Shown piece by piece: positions 1 through 9,676 of a stretch of DNA of 62,928 nucleotides (position 1 is the first letter of the stretch; each line of letters starts with the position of its first letter). The notes beneath the pieces are model-generated. The model did not search any database, was not told the origin of the DNA, and saw only the letters and a program-made list of their open reading frames with translations. The DNA is from Deltaproteobacteria bacterium (GTDB lineage: Bacteria; Myxococcota_A; Polyangia; Polyangiales; Houyiibacteriaceae), in NCBI GenBank assembly GCA_034670305.1, contig JAXMNT010000043.1, positions 1-62,928 of the forward strand, written 5' to 3'. A program made the translations under genes and the position numbers.

Positions 1-2
1 AG

Positions 3-278
3 GGCGCAGGCGAGTTCAGTCCCAAGGAGAAGGCCCGCTTCTATCGGATGGCCCGGCGCTCCGCGATCGAGGTCGTCTCCTGGCTCGAAATCACGGACCG
101 TCGGGCCGAGGCATCGAGGCCCGATATTCGACAGCGTGCAGCCTCGCGAAGCGAGCCAGCGGTGTCACCGGGACGGGGTTTGGGGGCTGTGCCCCCAAGA
201 AACATCGAACGGGCTCTCGCCCACCTTGAGCAGGTCGTCGCGATGCTCGTCGCGCTGATCAAGCGATCTGACCGCTGA
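3..278 (+). CDS. Four-helix-bundle protein (23S rRNA IVP / Avd-like family), 5'-truncated by the window edge; carries an apparent ~26-aa in-frame insert
   Basis: Frame from nt 3 reads GAGEFSPKEKARFYRMARRSAIEVVSWLEI...LEQVVAMLVALIK, matching the family pattern (N)IAEG-x-G...K.RF..IARGSA.E....L. Confidence 0.8.
   Translation, partial: GAGEFSPKEKARFYRMARRSAIEVVSWLEITDRRAEASRPDIRQRAASRSEPAVSPGRGLGAVPPRNIERALAHLEQVVAMLVALIKRSDR
127..201. repeat. Two-hairpin palindromic element inside the four-helix-bundle CDS
   Basis: CTCGC-GAA-GCGAG (143-155) and TTGGGGGC-TGT-GCCCCCAA (180-198). Confidence 0.6.
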
Positions 279-283
279 TCCGC

Positions 284-320
284 GGGCAAGGGCAAAGGCA
301 AGGGCAGGGGCAAGGGGCAG
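284..320. repeat. (GGGCAA/GGGCAG)n hexamer tract
   Basis: gggcaagggcaaaggcaagggcaggggcaaggggcag directly after the four-helix-bundle stop codon. Confidence 0.9.
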
Positions 321-357
321 GCGCGAGAACGCCCTGCGGGCGTTCTTCAGCAGCCTG

Positions 358-1113
358 CTAGACCGGCAGCGCCCGCAACGAGGGCACCGCCACACCGAGC
401 GCGTCCGCCTGCTCGAGCGCACGCTTCAACCGGGCCGGCGCGCTGCGACCCCGCGCGCCGTGCTCCGGATCTGCCGCGATGGCCCGTTCGAGCATCGTCG
501 TCTGCAGTTCCGCGTCGACGTCTGCCCCGAGCCGCGCGGCCTGAAGCGCCAGCACGTCGACGAGCACGCCCTTCACCAAGTCACGGTGGTCCGCGTAGAG
601 CGCGCCCACCCGGGTGCCGGTCGGCGCCGCGAGCCCCGCGAGGTTCATCGTCAGGATGTAGACGTTCTTGGCGACGAGCTCTTGGATGCGTTGGGCGTCG
701 TCGACGACGCGCGCTGGCAAATCGATCGCGCCCAGCGCGCGCACGACGTGGTCGGCCTTCGGTCCGCCCACCGGCGTGGCTAGAATGACGTTCGTCGCGA
801 TCGACTTCTTCTTCTCGAACCACACCACCGCGACCGTCGGGTGGAGACCGTGTTTCTCCCAGTCGACCGGCAACAGTTCGTTCTGCACCAGCACCACCGA
901 ATCCCGCCACGAGTCGGGCAACGTGGCGAGCACGCCATCCAGGTCCCCCTCGCCCACCGTGATCACCACGAGCGACGGGTCCGGCACCGTGCGCGCGAGG
1001 TTCTCCATGGAGTCGCCGCGGTTGACGGGACGGACCGAGGTGCCCGCGCGCAACAAGCCGTGCGCAAAGATGGAACCGAGTTGACCGAGTCCGACGACGA
1101 CAGCGGGTTGCAT
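358..1113 (-). CDS. Rossmann-fold protein, ketopantoate-reductase-like
   Basis: N-terminal VVVGLGQLG dinucleotide-binding motif, VVLVQNELL, C-terminal helical domain. Confidence 0.55.
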   Translation of the reverse strand: MQPAVVVGLGQLGSIFAHGLLRAGTSVRPVNRGDSMENLARTVPDPSLVVITVGEGDLDGVLATLPDSWRDSVVLVQNELLPVDWEKHGLHPTVAVVWFEKKKSIATNVILATPVGGPKADHVVRALGAIDLPARVVDDAQRIQELVAKNVYILTMNLAGLAAPTGTRVGALYADHRDLVKGVLVDVLALQAARLGADVDAELQTTMLERAIAADPEHGARGRSAPARLKRALEQADALGVAVPSLRALPV

Positions 1114-1190
1114 CTCGGTCTCATACCGAGCCCTTGGGCCCCACGCCACATGGATTGCATCCCAGGCGCTCGCCCCATAGGGTCGCGCCC

Positions 1191-1985
1191 ATGAAACGAC
1201 TCGCCCTCGGATTCTCCCTTCTCGTGGTCGCGTGTGGTGGCTCCACCACCGAGACCACGACCACCGAACCCACCGAGACCACGAGCGGTGGTGACGTGAC
1301 CGTCGAAGCCGAGCCGATCGTGGTGCTTCGGTCGACCACGCCCATTCCGGTGCCACAGCCGGCCATCCCCCGCGAGCAGCTCTCGCCGGTCTTGCAGGAC
1401 ATCTGGACCAAGGTGGAAGAAGCCGTCGCGATCCGGCCGCCCGAGACGCCGACCGAACACACGCTCGAGGCGGTGAACGCCTGGGCGCAGGGACCGTTCA
1501 CGACCTGGATTCAAGCCCGCACCGAAGCCAACCGCGCCGTGGAAGCGCTGAGCAGCGAGCTCACGAACGCGGAGCACCCCCACTCGATCCCCGAACGGGC
1601 GGTGGGCGCCGCGCTCTTCGGGTACCTCTACGAAGACCTCGTGAGCGGCGTGCGTGGTGCACCGATTCCGGAAGAGATCACCAACGACCAGGAGCTGCTC
1701 GACGTCTACGTCGGCGCGCTGACCAACTCGACGTCGCCCGTCGCGCGTCGCGCGCTCGACGCGTACCTCTTCTGCGCGCGGCATGTGGCCGAGTACCTGG
1801 GCGAGACGCCCTGGGCCGAGTGGGGACCCTACTGCTACGCCCGCGCGGAAGACGTGAACGCGGTGTACGAGCTGGTGCCGCACGCCGAAGTCCAGGAGTC
1901 GCCCGGTGCGCCCGGCACCGCGCCGGACAGCACGAGCGAAGAAGCGCCCGAAGCGACGACCGCCCCGCCCGCGCCCCAGTCCTGA
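1191..1985 (+). CDS. Lipoprotein of unknown function
   Basis: MKRLALGFSLLVVAC lipobox followed by a Thr/Glu linker; stop overlaps next start (TGATG). Confidence 0.75.
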   Translation: MKRLALGFSLLVVACGGSTTETTTTEPTETTSGGDVTVEAEPIVVLRSTTPIPVPQPAIPREQLSPVLQDIWTKVEEAVAIRPPETPTEHTLEAVNAWAQGPFTTWIQARTEANRAVEALSSELTNAEHPHSIPERAVGAALFGYLYEDLVSGVRGAPIPEEITNDQELLDVYVGALTNSTSPVARRALDAYLFCARHVAEYLGETPWAEWGPYCYARAEDVNAVYELVPHAEVQESPGAPGTAPDSTSEEAPEATTAPPAPQS

Positions 1986-2566
1986 TGACCACGTTCAAGC
2001 GCGTTGCCGTCTACTGCGCGTCGAGCGACTCGGTGCCCGAGGTCTACTTCGAGGCCGCGCGTGGCCTCGGCCGCCTGCTCGCGGCGCGCGGCATCGGTGT
2101 GGTGTTCGGTGGGGGCGTGGTCGGCCTGATGGGCGCGTGCGCCGACGCCGCGATGGAAGCCGGCGGCGAGGTGATCGGGGTCATCCCGGAGAAGCTCATG
2201 GCGCTCGAGGTCGGCCACCACGGCGTGACGCGGCTCGAGGTCGTCTCCGACATGCGCAAACGCAAGCAACGCATGGAGGAGCTCTCGGACGCGTTCATCG
2301 CGATGCCCGGCGGCTTCGGCACGCTCGACGAGATCTTCGAGGCCGCTTGCAACACCCAGCTGCACTACCACCTCAAGCCCTGCGGCATCCTGAACACGGA
2401 TGGGTACTACGACGGAGTGGTGCAGTGGCTCGAGCGGGCGGTCCGAGAGACGTTCGTACGCGAAGCGCACCGGCACATCGTCGTGAGCGCCGACGACCCC
2501 GAGACGTTGCTGACTCGGATGATCGAAGCCGACCTCACCGGCATACCGAAGTGGCTCGAGCGCTGA
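1985..2566 (+). CDS. LOG-family (TIGR00730) nucleotide phosphoribohydrolase
   Basis: VAVYCASS, GGGVVGLMG, MRKRK and PGGFGTLDE motifs. Confidence 0.92.
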   Translation: MTTFKRVAVYCASSDSVPEVYFEAARGLGRLLAARGIGVVFGGGVVGLMGACADAAMEAGGEVIGVIPEKLMALEVGHHGVTRLEVVSDMRKRKQRMEELSDAFIAMPGGFGTLDEIFEAACNTQLHYHLKPCGILNTDGYYDGVVQWLERAVRETFVREAHRHIVVSADDPETLLTRMIEADLTGIPKWLER

Positions 2567-2627
2567 GACGGAAGCCACGGTTGTTGTAACCGTCTGCGAT
2601 CCACCGCGTACGTCGACTCGTACCCTG

Positions 2628-4430
2628 ATGACCTTGTTCCCACGCATCTTCACCCTCGCCGTCCTCGCCGCATGCGCGGGCACTGCCCCCAACACCGAAG
2701 CGCCGCGTGCGGCCGACCCGCCGCCGGTCGAGTGGCACGAGTGGGAAGCGGCCTCCTTCGAACGCGCAGCGCGCGAGGGCAAACACCTTCTCGTCAGCGT
2801 GCAGGCAGCGTGGTGCCACTGGTGCCATGTGATGAATGACGAGACGTTCGGCGACGCCGAAGTGCGGGCGCGACTCGCCACGGACTACATCGCGATCAAG
2901 GTGGACTCCGACGCGCGCCCCGACCTCGCCGAGCGGTTTCAGGACTACGCGTGGCCCGCCACCATCCTGCTGAGTCCCGAGGCCGAGGTCGTGCTGCCGC
3001 TTCGAGGTTTCCGCCCGCCGCGCGTCTTCGCGGGGCTCCTGGCCGATGTACGCGCCGGCCGCGAAGTGCACGACACCGACACCCCGGTGGCGCGTCCGAT
3101 CGACGACCTCGACACCGTGCGCTCGGAAGCGACCGCGCTGCTCGACCGACTCTACGACGAGGACGCCGGCGGCTGGGGCGCGCGTCAGAAGTACCCCTAC
3201 GCCGGACCGCTCGAACACGCGATGTTCCGCGCGGCGGTGCTGGGGGAAGGCGAGACTTGGAATGCGCGGATCGAGCACACCCTCGCTGGCCACGCCGCAT
3301 TGATCGACCCGGTGTTCGGCGGCGTCTTTCAGTACTCACTGCCGGGCACAGGCGACGACCGCGCCCGCGGCACAGAGGCGTGGACGCGTCCACACTTCGA
3401 GAAGATCACCGGCGTGCAGGCCGACGCGTTGCAGACCTTCGCGCAGGCCTGTCTGAGCGACGAACGCTGGTGCGCCTCCGCCGAAGACGTGCGTCGCTAC
3501 GTCGCGCGTTTTCTGACTTCGGACACGGGCGGCTTCTACACGAGCCAGGACGCGGACCTCGATCACGAGACCACCGGCACCACGTACTACGCGTGGGACG
3601 AAGCGCAGCGCCTCGAACACGGCGTGCCCCGGGTCGATCAGAACGTCTACGCGGATCTGAACGGCCGGCTCATCGTCGCGCTGGCCGCACTCGACGCCGC
3701 CCGCCCGGAAAGCGAAGCGCGCGCCATGGCGGTCGCTGCGGGCGAGTTCGTGGAGACCACACTTCGTGCGGAAGGTGCGGAGCTCTTCGACCATGGCGGT
3801 GAGGGCACCGGCCTGCAGCATCTCGGCGACACCGCCTGGATGCTCCGCGCCGAACTCGCGCTCTACGAAGCCACCGGCGATCCCGTCTGGCTCGAGCGCG
3901 CAGAGCGCAGCGCCCGTGGCCTGCGCACCCTGGTCTCTCCGGCCGGCGCCCTCTTCGCCCACACCGAAGACCCCGCCGCGGCGGGTGTGTTCGCCGAGCG
4001 CCGCACCCCGCTGACCCTCAACGGCGTCGCCGCGCGCGCGCTGATCCACCTGCACCGCCTCGACCACGACGAAGCCCACCTCGAACTCGCCCTCGGCGCC
4101 CTGCGCGCCGTCGCCGACGCCACCGAACTGCGTCGGCGCGGCCGCCGCATCGGCGAGTACCTGATGGCGCTCGAAGCACTCCGCGCCCCGTACGTACTCT
4201 TGAGCGTCGTCGGCCCCGACGACGCGCCCACCCGCGCCCTCGTCGCCGCAGCCCGCGCCCTCCCCCACCCGAACGCGCTGGTCGAAGTGGGCCGCCCCGG
4301 CGAAAGCCGCTACCCCTACCCCGGCGAACCCGCGGTCTACCTCTGCAACGAATCCCGCTGCTCCATCCCCGTCACCGATCCAAACGCCCTCCCCTCCGCC
4401 GCCACCCGCTTCCTGGCCCCAGCGGAGTAG
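2628..4430 (+). CDS. DUF255/YyaL (SPATA20-like) thioredoxin-domain lipoprotein
   Basis: Lipobox [26 protein letters not shown] and [10 protein letters not shown] motifs. Confidence 0.88.
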   Translation: MTLFPRIFTLAVLAACAGTAPNTEAPRAADPPPVEWHEWEAASFERAAREGKHLLVSVQAAWCHWCHVMNDETFGDAEVRARLATDYIAIKVDSDARPDLAERFQDYAWPATILLSPEAEVVLPLRGFRPPRVFAGLLADVRAGREVHDTDTPVARPIDDLDTVRSEATALLDRLYDEDAGGWGARQKYPYAGPLEHAMFRAAVLGEGETWNARIEHTLAGHAALIDPVFGGVFQYSLPGTGDDRARGTEAWTRPHFEKITGVQADALQTFAQACLSDERWCASAEDVRRYVARFLTSDTGGFYTSQDADLDHETTGTTYYAWDEAQRLEHGVPRVDQNVYADLNGRLIVALAALDAARPESEARAMAVAAGEFVETTLRAEGAELFDHGGEGTGLQHLGDTAWMLRAELALYEATGDPVWLERAERSARGLRTLVSPAGALFAHTEDPAAAGVFAERRTPLTLNGVAARALIHLHRLDHDEAHLELALGALRAVADATELRRRGRRIGEYLMALEALRAPYVLLSVVGPDDAPTRALVAAARALPHPNALVEVGRPGESRYPYPGEPAVYLCNESRCSIPVTDPNALPSAATRFLAPAE

Positions 4431-4433
4431 ACA

Positions 4434-4717
4434 GCGTCGGCTTCGGCTTCGGCTTCGGCGTCGGCGTCGGCGTCGGCGTCGGCTTCGGAGTCGGAGTCGG
4501 CGTCGGCTTCGGCTTCGGCGTCGGCTTCGGCTTCGGCGTCGGCTTCGGCTTCGGCGTCGGAGTCGGCGTCGGCTTCGGCAGCGGCTTCGGCGTCGGCTTC
4601 GGCAGCGGCTTCGGCGTCGGCTTCGGCGTCGGCTTCGGTTTCGGTTTCGGCTTCGGAGTCGGGCTCGGCTTCGGAGAACTCCGGGCACACGGGCACGGGC
4701 ACGGGCACGGCTTCGGC
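4434..4717 (+). repeat. TCGG-NN hexamer array ending in a (GGGCAC)n block
   Basis: TCGGCT/TCGGCG/TCGGAG units 4434-4675, then gggcac repeats 4683-4710; between convergent genes. Confidence 0.95.
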
Positions 4718-4756
4718 GCCAACGTCGAGCCAGCCGCAGCCGCCCCCAAGCGCCCG

Positions 4757-5410
4757 CTACGTGCCGAAGCTCAGAACGAACGCGTCGAACGCATCGCTCG
4801 CGGACTCGACCGTCGCTTCTGGACCGACGAGTTTGAAGAACACCGGGCCTGCCGGCGCCTGGACGATCGCGCCGAGCAAACGCTGCCCCGCCTGCGTTCC
4901 ACCGCCCGCCATCATGCCGGCGGAGAAGTTGCCGCGTACGTCGACGAGATGAACCGAGAGCCCGCCCACGGTGCGCTCGCTCGTCTCCGCTTCGGCCGGC
5001 GTGCCATCCGCTTTCCGGAACTGACCGACCCAGCGCGCGATGTTGTCGTCGACCGACCCACCCATGCCGGGGAAGTGGAACACCGTCATCTCGGCTTCGC
5101 CGGCGCTGCCTGCAATCGCGTACTCGGCGTTGCGCATCGGACGGGTCGGCCGCCGGTAGACGAACGTCTCGGGCGCCGACCACTTCATGCCGCCGAGCAC
5201 CGGAGATGCGGGGTCGAACGGCGTTTGGGGCGGAACCGCGGTGCGCTCCTCCGGTCCTGTCTCGACCACGGTCGTCTCAGCCGGCGGCGGGGCCTGGATC
5301 TCACTCGCCGGCGGCGGCTCGGGTCCCCGGTTGCACCCCAGCACGCCCAGGGCAATCGCGGTCAACAGGAGGAACGAAGTGGCAGCAGCTCGGAACATGC
5401 GGCGAATCAT
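4757..5410 (-). CDS. Lipoprotein of unknown function
   Basis: Lipobox VLGC, Pro-rich linker, then a conserved-looking domain (MRNAEY...[15 protein letters not shown]...FFKLVGP). Confidence 0.75.
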   Translation of the reverse strand: MIRRMFRAAATSFLLLTAIALGVLGCNRGPEPPPASEIQAPPPAETTVVETGPEERTAVPPQTPFDPASPVLGGMKWSAPETFVYRRPTRPMRNAEYAIAGSAGEAEMTVFHFPGMGGSVDDNIARWVGQFRKADGTPAEAETSERTVGGLSVHLVDVRGNFSAGMMAGGGTQAGQRLLGAIVQAPAGPVFFKLVGPEATVESASDAFDAFVLSFGT

Positions 5411-5455
5411 ACGTCGGTTCCGACGGAACGCGAGCGGTCGGTGCCAGAGCTGCGT

Positions 5456-6202
5456 TCAGCCGAGTGAGAGCCCGCCGTCCAGGACCAGGTCCGTCCCGGT
5501 CATCCAGCCCGCATCGATCACGAAGAGCACGGCCGCAGCGATCTCTTCGGCGCGCCCGAACCGCCGGAGCGCGTGCTGCCCCCGCAGGGCCTCGAGTTCG
5601 GCTGGTGGGCGGGCGGCGATCATGTCGGTCTCGACGACGCCCGGCGAGATGCTGTTGACCCGCACGTGCGGCGCGAGCTCGAGCGCGAAGGTGCGCGACC
5701 ACGCCACCATGGCGGCTTTGGTCGCGCCATAGACCGCGGTGCCGGGCGCGCTGCGGTGGGCCAAGGTGCTCGCCACGTTGACGATGACGCCGCGGGTCCG
5801 GACGAGGTGGGGTGCGGCCGCCTGCGCGATCATCATCGGCGCGGTGAGGTTGACCGCGACCTGCGCCGCGAGCGCGTCCGGCGAGATGGTCCCGGTCGCC
5901 TCGTAGTGCACGATGCCGGCGCACTGAACCAGCACGTCCAGCCCACCGAGTTCGCTCACGGCCGACGACACGAGCGCGTCCCGTGGCCCCTCGAGCGCGA
6001 GGTCGCCGACGACGGCGGTCATGCGGTGTTTGTGGTGGCGGGCGACTTCCTTGAGGGCGCCGACATCGCGGCCGGCGCACACCACGTCGTCTCCACGGGC
6101 CGCCAGCGCAATCGCCACGGCGCGCCCGATTCCGCGGCTCGCCCCCGTCACGAGGACCCGGTGCGGATTGGCGATGGTCTTGCGTTCGTCGTCTGCGTTC
6201 AT
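5456..6202 (-). CDS. Short-chain dehydrogenase/reductase (possibly pteridine-reductase-like, from context)
   Basis: TGASRGIG, YGATK catalytic YxxxK, VRVNSISPG, DGG. Confidence 0.9.
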   Translation of the reverse strand: MNADDERKTIANPHRVLVTGASRGIGRAVAIALAARGDDVVCAGRDVGALKEVARHHKHRMTAVVGDLALEGPRDALVSSAVSELGGLDVLVQCAGIVHYEATGTISPDALAAQVAVNLTAPMMIAQAAAPHLVRTRGVIVNVASTLAHRSAPGTAVYGATKAAMVAWSRTFALELAPHVRVNSISPGVVETDMIAARPPAELEALRGQHALRRFGRAEEIAAAVLFVIDAGWMTGTDLVLDGGLSLG

Positions 6203-6213
6203 CGTCTGCGCCC

Positions 6214-6966
6214 CTAACCTTGGCCGACGATCGGACCCCACGGGGGCTCGGATTGCACGTCCGCCGGTTCCCCGGACACCTCGATCTCGTCCTCCGGCAT
6301 GAACCGGGGAAGATCGATGCAGAGGATCGACTGCCATCGCTCGGTGGGGTTGTCGTAGCGGTGGGCGGCGCCGCGCGGCCATCGGTGCACGGTGCCCGGC
6401 TGGATTGGCTGCGACTGACACATCAGTCCATCGGTCAGCACCATCTCGCTCTCGCGCATCACCTTGTGCATGTGCAGCGGGATGCCTTGGCCGGGCGCGA
6501 TGTTGAGCCGGTAGATGCCGGCGTCGCGCGTCTCTTCGATGACGTCCACCGACCCCCAAGGTTTGGTCTCCTGCCCGACCTTGCACCAGCTCTGGTCGCG
6601 CCGGATCTCGAGCGAGGGCGTCGCAAAGCCGCGCAGCGCGCCGGGTTTGGTGAGTTTGACGACGACCTCGTCAACGGTTGCGCGTTTGGCACCCGGCGCC
6701 GCGGGCGCGAGCATCAACTTCGCGAGCGTGTGCGCGGCGGTCTCGAGCAACCGAAAGCGCGCGCTCCGGAGTACGAAGACGATCTGAGACGCGACCGCGC
6801 CGTAGTCGACGGTCGAGTGCACCGACTCGGTCTCCGCCGCTTCTTCGGTGTCCAGCATGAGCTGCACGTCCACCCGCAGGGGCTGCGACGCGTGCCGTTC
6901 GTGCGGGTACATGCCGACGACACAGTCCACGCGCAGGTCGTGGATGCGGACGATGTCGCGCTTCAT
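6214..6966 (-). CDS. folB: Dihydroneopterin aldolase fused to a C-terminal cupin domain
   Basis: IHDLRVDCVVGMYPHER..QPLRVD, TVDY, FRLLET, KLTKP; C-terminal IPLHMH...E...GAAHRY cupin motifs. Confidence 0.85.
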   Translation of the reverse strand: MKRDIVRIHDLRVDCVVGMYPHERHASQPLRVDVQLMLDTEEAAETESVHSTVDYGAVASQIVFVLRSARFRLLETAAHTLAKLMLAPAAPGAKRATVDEVVVKLTKPGALRGFATPSLEIRRDQSWCKVGQETKPWGSVDVIEETRDAGIYRLNIAPGQGIPLHMHKVMRESEMVLTDGLMCQSQPIQPGTVHRWPRGAAHRYDNPTERWQSILCIDLPRFMPEDEIEVSGEPADVQSEPPWGPIVGQG

Positions 6967-7010
6967 CGATGGGCCGGTGGGGTGGCTGGGATCACGGAGC
7001 GCACGGTAGC

Positions 7011-7115
7011 AGAAGCCAATGCCGAGGCCGATGCCGAAGCCGACGCCGACGCCGATGCCGATGCCGATGCCGATGCCGAGGCCGATGCCGATGCCGAGGC
7101 CGAGTGCCGATGCCG
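7011..7115 (-). repeat. Hexamer array (GCCGAT/GCCGAG on +, i.e. TCGG-NN on -)
   Basis: Tandem gccgat units between divergent folB and aminotransferase genes. Confidence 0.95.
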
Positions 7116-7180
7116 CCCCGACCTCCCCGACTCTTCGTTCGTTCGGCAGGGCGGGAGGATCTGCTACACGGTGGCGCACG

Positions 7181-8500
7181 ATGTCCGACGCAGCCGACGA
7201 GACCTCTTCCACCACCCTCCCCACCAGCGCTCGATCTCCGAACGATGGGCCGAGTGCGTTTCGGCGCGTGCCGCGAACCGGCGTGATCTACGTGAGTGAA
7301 GCCGCCCGGGCACGTGGGTTTCATCTCGGCAAAAGCGGCACCGGCCCGGAGGCGTGGTGCAACTTGGGGCAGGGCCAGCCGGACACGGGCCACCTAGACG
7401 GGGCGCCGGCGCGGCTGACCTCGATCGACATCCTCCCGGACGACCTCGACTACGCGCCGGTCGCCGGACTCATGGAGCTCCGGGAGGCCGTCGCCGCGAT
7501 GTACAACCGGCTCTTCCGCCAGGGCATGCCCTCGCAGTACGGACCCGAGAACGTGGCCATCTGTGGCGGCGGACGGGTGGCGATCATGCGCGCGTGTGCC
7601 GCCATCGCGCCGGTGCACCTCGGACACTTCCTGCCGGACTACACCGCGTACGAAGAGCTCCTCGATGTGTTCCGGCGCTTTCAGCCGATCCCGATCCTGC
7701 TCGATCCGGATCGCGGGTACGAGTTCACCAACGAGGAACTGCACCGCGAGATCCTTGGGCGCGGGCTCGGCGCGATCTTGATGAGCAACGCCTGCAATCC
7801 GACCGGCAAACTCGTGCAAGGCGAGGTGCTCTCCAAGTGGGTCCACACGGCGCGCACGCTCGGCTGCGCGCTCTTGATGGACGAGTTCTACTCCCACTAC
7901 GTGTGGGCCGGCCCAGAGAAGATCGTGAGCGCCGCGCGCTACGTCGAAGACGTGAACCGCGACCCCGTCGTGATCTTCGACGGCCTCACCAAGAACTGGC
8001 GGTACCCCGGGTTCCGCGTGAGCTGGATCGTGGGGCCCAAACACGTCATCGACTCCGCCGCGAGCGCCGGGTCCTTCCTGGACGGCGGCGGTTCGGCGCC
8101 GATGCAGCGGGCCGCCATTCCGCTCCTCGAACCCGCCTACGTGGCCGCCGAGACCGACGCCCTGCGCGCCGCCTTCGCGCCGAAACGACAGCTCTTGCTC
8201 GATCGCCTTGGCGCGATGGGTGTGAAGTTCGACCTCGCGCCCGAAGGCACGTTCTACGCGTGGGGCGACGTGCGGAACCTGCCCGGTTCACTGTCGACGG
8301 GCGAAGGGTTCTTCGAAGCTGCGCTCGACCACAAGGTCATCACGGTGCCGGGACACTTCTTCGACGTGAACCCGGGCAAACGCCGGATGGGTCGTCCCTC
8401 CCGGTTCCGGCACCACGTGCGCTTCAGCTTCGGCCCGAACATCGAGGTGCTCGAAGAAGCGATGAAGCGGCTCGAAGCCGTGGTGCGGGGTGCCTCGTGA
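7181..8500 (+). CDS. PLP-dependent aminotransferase, class I/II
   Basis: NLGQGQPD, SNACNPTG, DEFY, GLTKNWRYPGFRVSW (PLP Lys), VRFSF. Confidence 0.9.
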   Translation: MSDAADETSSTTLPTSARSPNDGPSAFRRVPRTGVIYVSEAARARGFHLGKSGTGPEAWCNLGQGQPDTGHLDGAPARLTSIDILPDDLDYAPVAGLMELREAVAAMYNRLFRQGMPSQYGPENVAICGGGRVAIMRACAAIAPVHLGHFLPDYTAYEELLDVFRRFQPIPILLDPDRGYEFTNEELHREILGRGLGAILMSNACNPTGKLVQGEVLSKWVHTARTLGCALLMDEFYSHYVWAGPEKIVSAARYVEDVNRDPVVIFDGLTKNWRYPGFRVSWIVGPKHVIDSAASAGSFLDGGGSAPMQRAAIPLLEPAYVAAETDALRAAFAPKRQLLLDRLGAMGVKFDLAPEGTFYAWGDVRNLPGSLSTGEGFFEAALDHKVITVPGHFFDVNPGKRRMGRPSRFRHHVRFSFGPNIEVLEEAMKRLEAVVRGAS

Positions 8501-9663
8501 AACCGCGCGCACGGCTCTCGTACGTGCTCTCGACGCTGCTCGCCGCGTGCGGCGGCACCCCGACGACCGTCGACCACCCCCGGCCGATGGCGGACATCGT
8601 TCAGCTCGCCACCGGACTCGAGCACACCTGCGCGCGACTGCTGGACGGAGATGTATGGTGCTGGGGCGACGGCACCCGCTCGGTGCCGTTCGAAGATGGA
8701 CCGCGCGGTCCGGTGCCGCCCACGCGCGTCGAAGGCGTGTCCGGCACCCTCGACCTCGACGTGGGCACCCACAGCGCCTGCGCCGTCACCGAGGACCGCG
8801 GGGTGCTCTGCTGGGGCCTCGACACCCACGGCGGCCTCGGAGACGGGGAGACCGGTCTCGGCCAGCGCGCCCGCCGGCTGGCGACGCCGGTGGTTGGCGT
8901 GCGCGAGGCCGCCGAGGTCTCGGTCGGCGCCTACTTCGCATGCGCCCGCACCCAGACCGGGGAGGTGTACTGCTGGGGCAACGGGGAGCTCGGACAGCTG
9001 GGCGACGGACGGCGGCGCACGATGCGCGTGGCCACCCGCGCCACGGTCTCGGGCGCGACTCAGATCGAGTCTGGTCACGCCCACTCCTGCGCGGTCCTGG
9101 CCGACGGAACGGTCCAGTGCTGGGGCAGCTTTCGAGACGACGAGGGCCGCAACCAGGGCTCCGGCAGCGACCGTCTCGCACCGGAGACCGTCGCCGGCGT
9201 GGCTGGCGCAACCGCGATCGCGAGTGGCGGCGGGCACACCTGCGCGCAGACCGCGGGCACGATCGTGTGCTTCGGCGGAGGCACCTCCGAGACGCGCAAC
9301 TTCGACGAGCGCAGCGGCGAGGCCCTCGAGTCCCATGGCGTCGACCTGCCGCTCGCGCTCGAGCCGACGCCGCTCCCTGGGATCACGCCCACGTCGCCGG
9401 AGCGTCTGCCGCTCGCGGTGTCCCGCGATGCAGCCCACGTGTGCGTCCGGGCCCAAACGCGCCACTTCGACCTGAGCGGCGATGCGCCGACTCCGAGTTC
9501 CACGGTTTCCGTGCCATGCGCGACGCTTGTCTCCGCAGGCGTCGGCTTCGTGTGCGCCATCCGCAGCGGCCAAGTCCAATGCGCCGGCACGAACACCCAT
9601 GGAGAGCTCGGCACCGGAGACTCGGAACCGCGTGAAGGTGCGGTTGCGGTGGGTGGACTCTGA
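8497..9663 (+). CDS. RCC1-repeat lipoprotein
   Basis: GTG start overlaps upstream stop; lipobox LLAAC; repeated HTCA...VWCWG / GQLGDG units. Confidence 0.85.
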   Translation: MKPRARLSYVLSTLLAACGGTPTTVDHPRPMADIVQLATGLEHTCARLLDGDVWCWGDGTRSVPFEDGPRGPVPPTRVEGVSGTLDLDVGTHSACAVTEDRGVLCWGLDTHGGLGDGETGLGQRARRLATPVVGVREAAEVSVGAYFACARTQTGEVYCWGNGELGQLGDGRRRTMRVATRATVSGATQIESGHAHSCAVLADGTVQCWGSFRDDEGRNQGSGSDRLAPETVAGVAGATAIASGGGHTCAQTAGTIVCFGGGTSETRNFDERSGEALESHGVDLPLALEPTPLPGITPTSPERLPLAVSRDAAHVCVRAQTRHFDLSGDAPTPSSTVSVPCATLVSAGVGFVCAIRSGQVQCAGTNTHGELGTGDSEPREGAVAVGGL

Positions 9664-9676
9664 TAGTTTCCGCCCC

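Noticed and set aside
3-278. Diversity-generating retroelement suggested by the Avd-like gene
   Set aside because: No reverse transcriptase or TR/VR pair is visible in the window; the upstream region is not available.
4337-4749. Small ORFs such as (PKPT)n, (AEAD)n, (GIGF)n and (RLRS)n within the arrays
   Set aside because: Translations of hexamer repeats that are open in most frames; no RBS or unique sequence.
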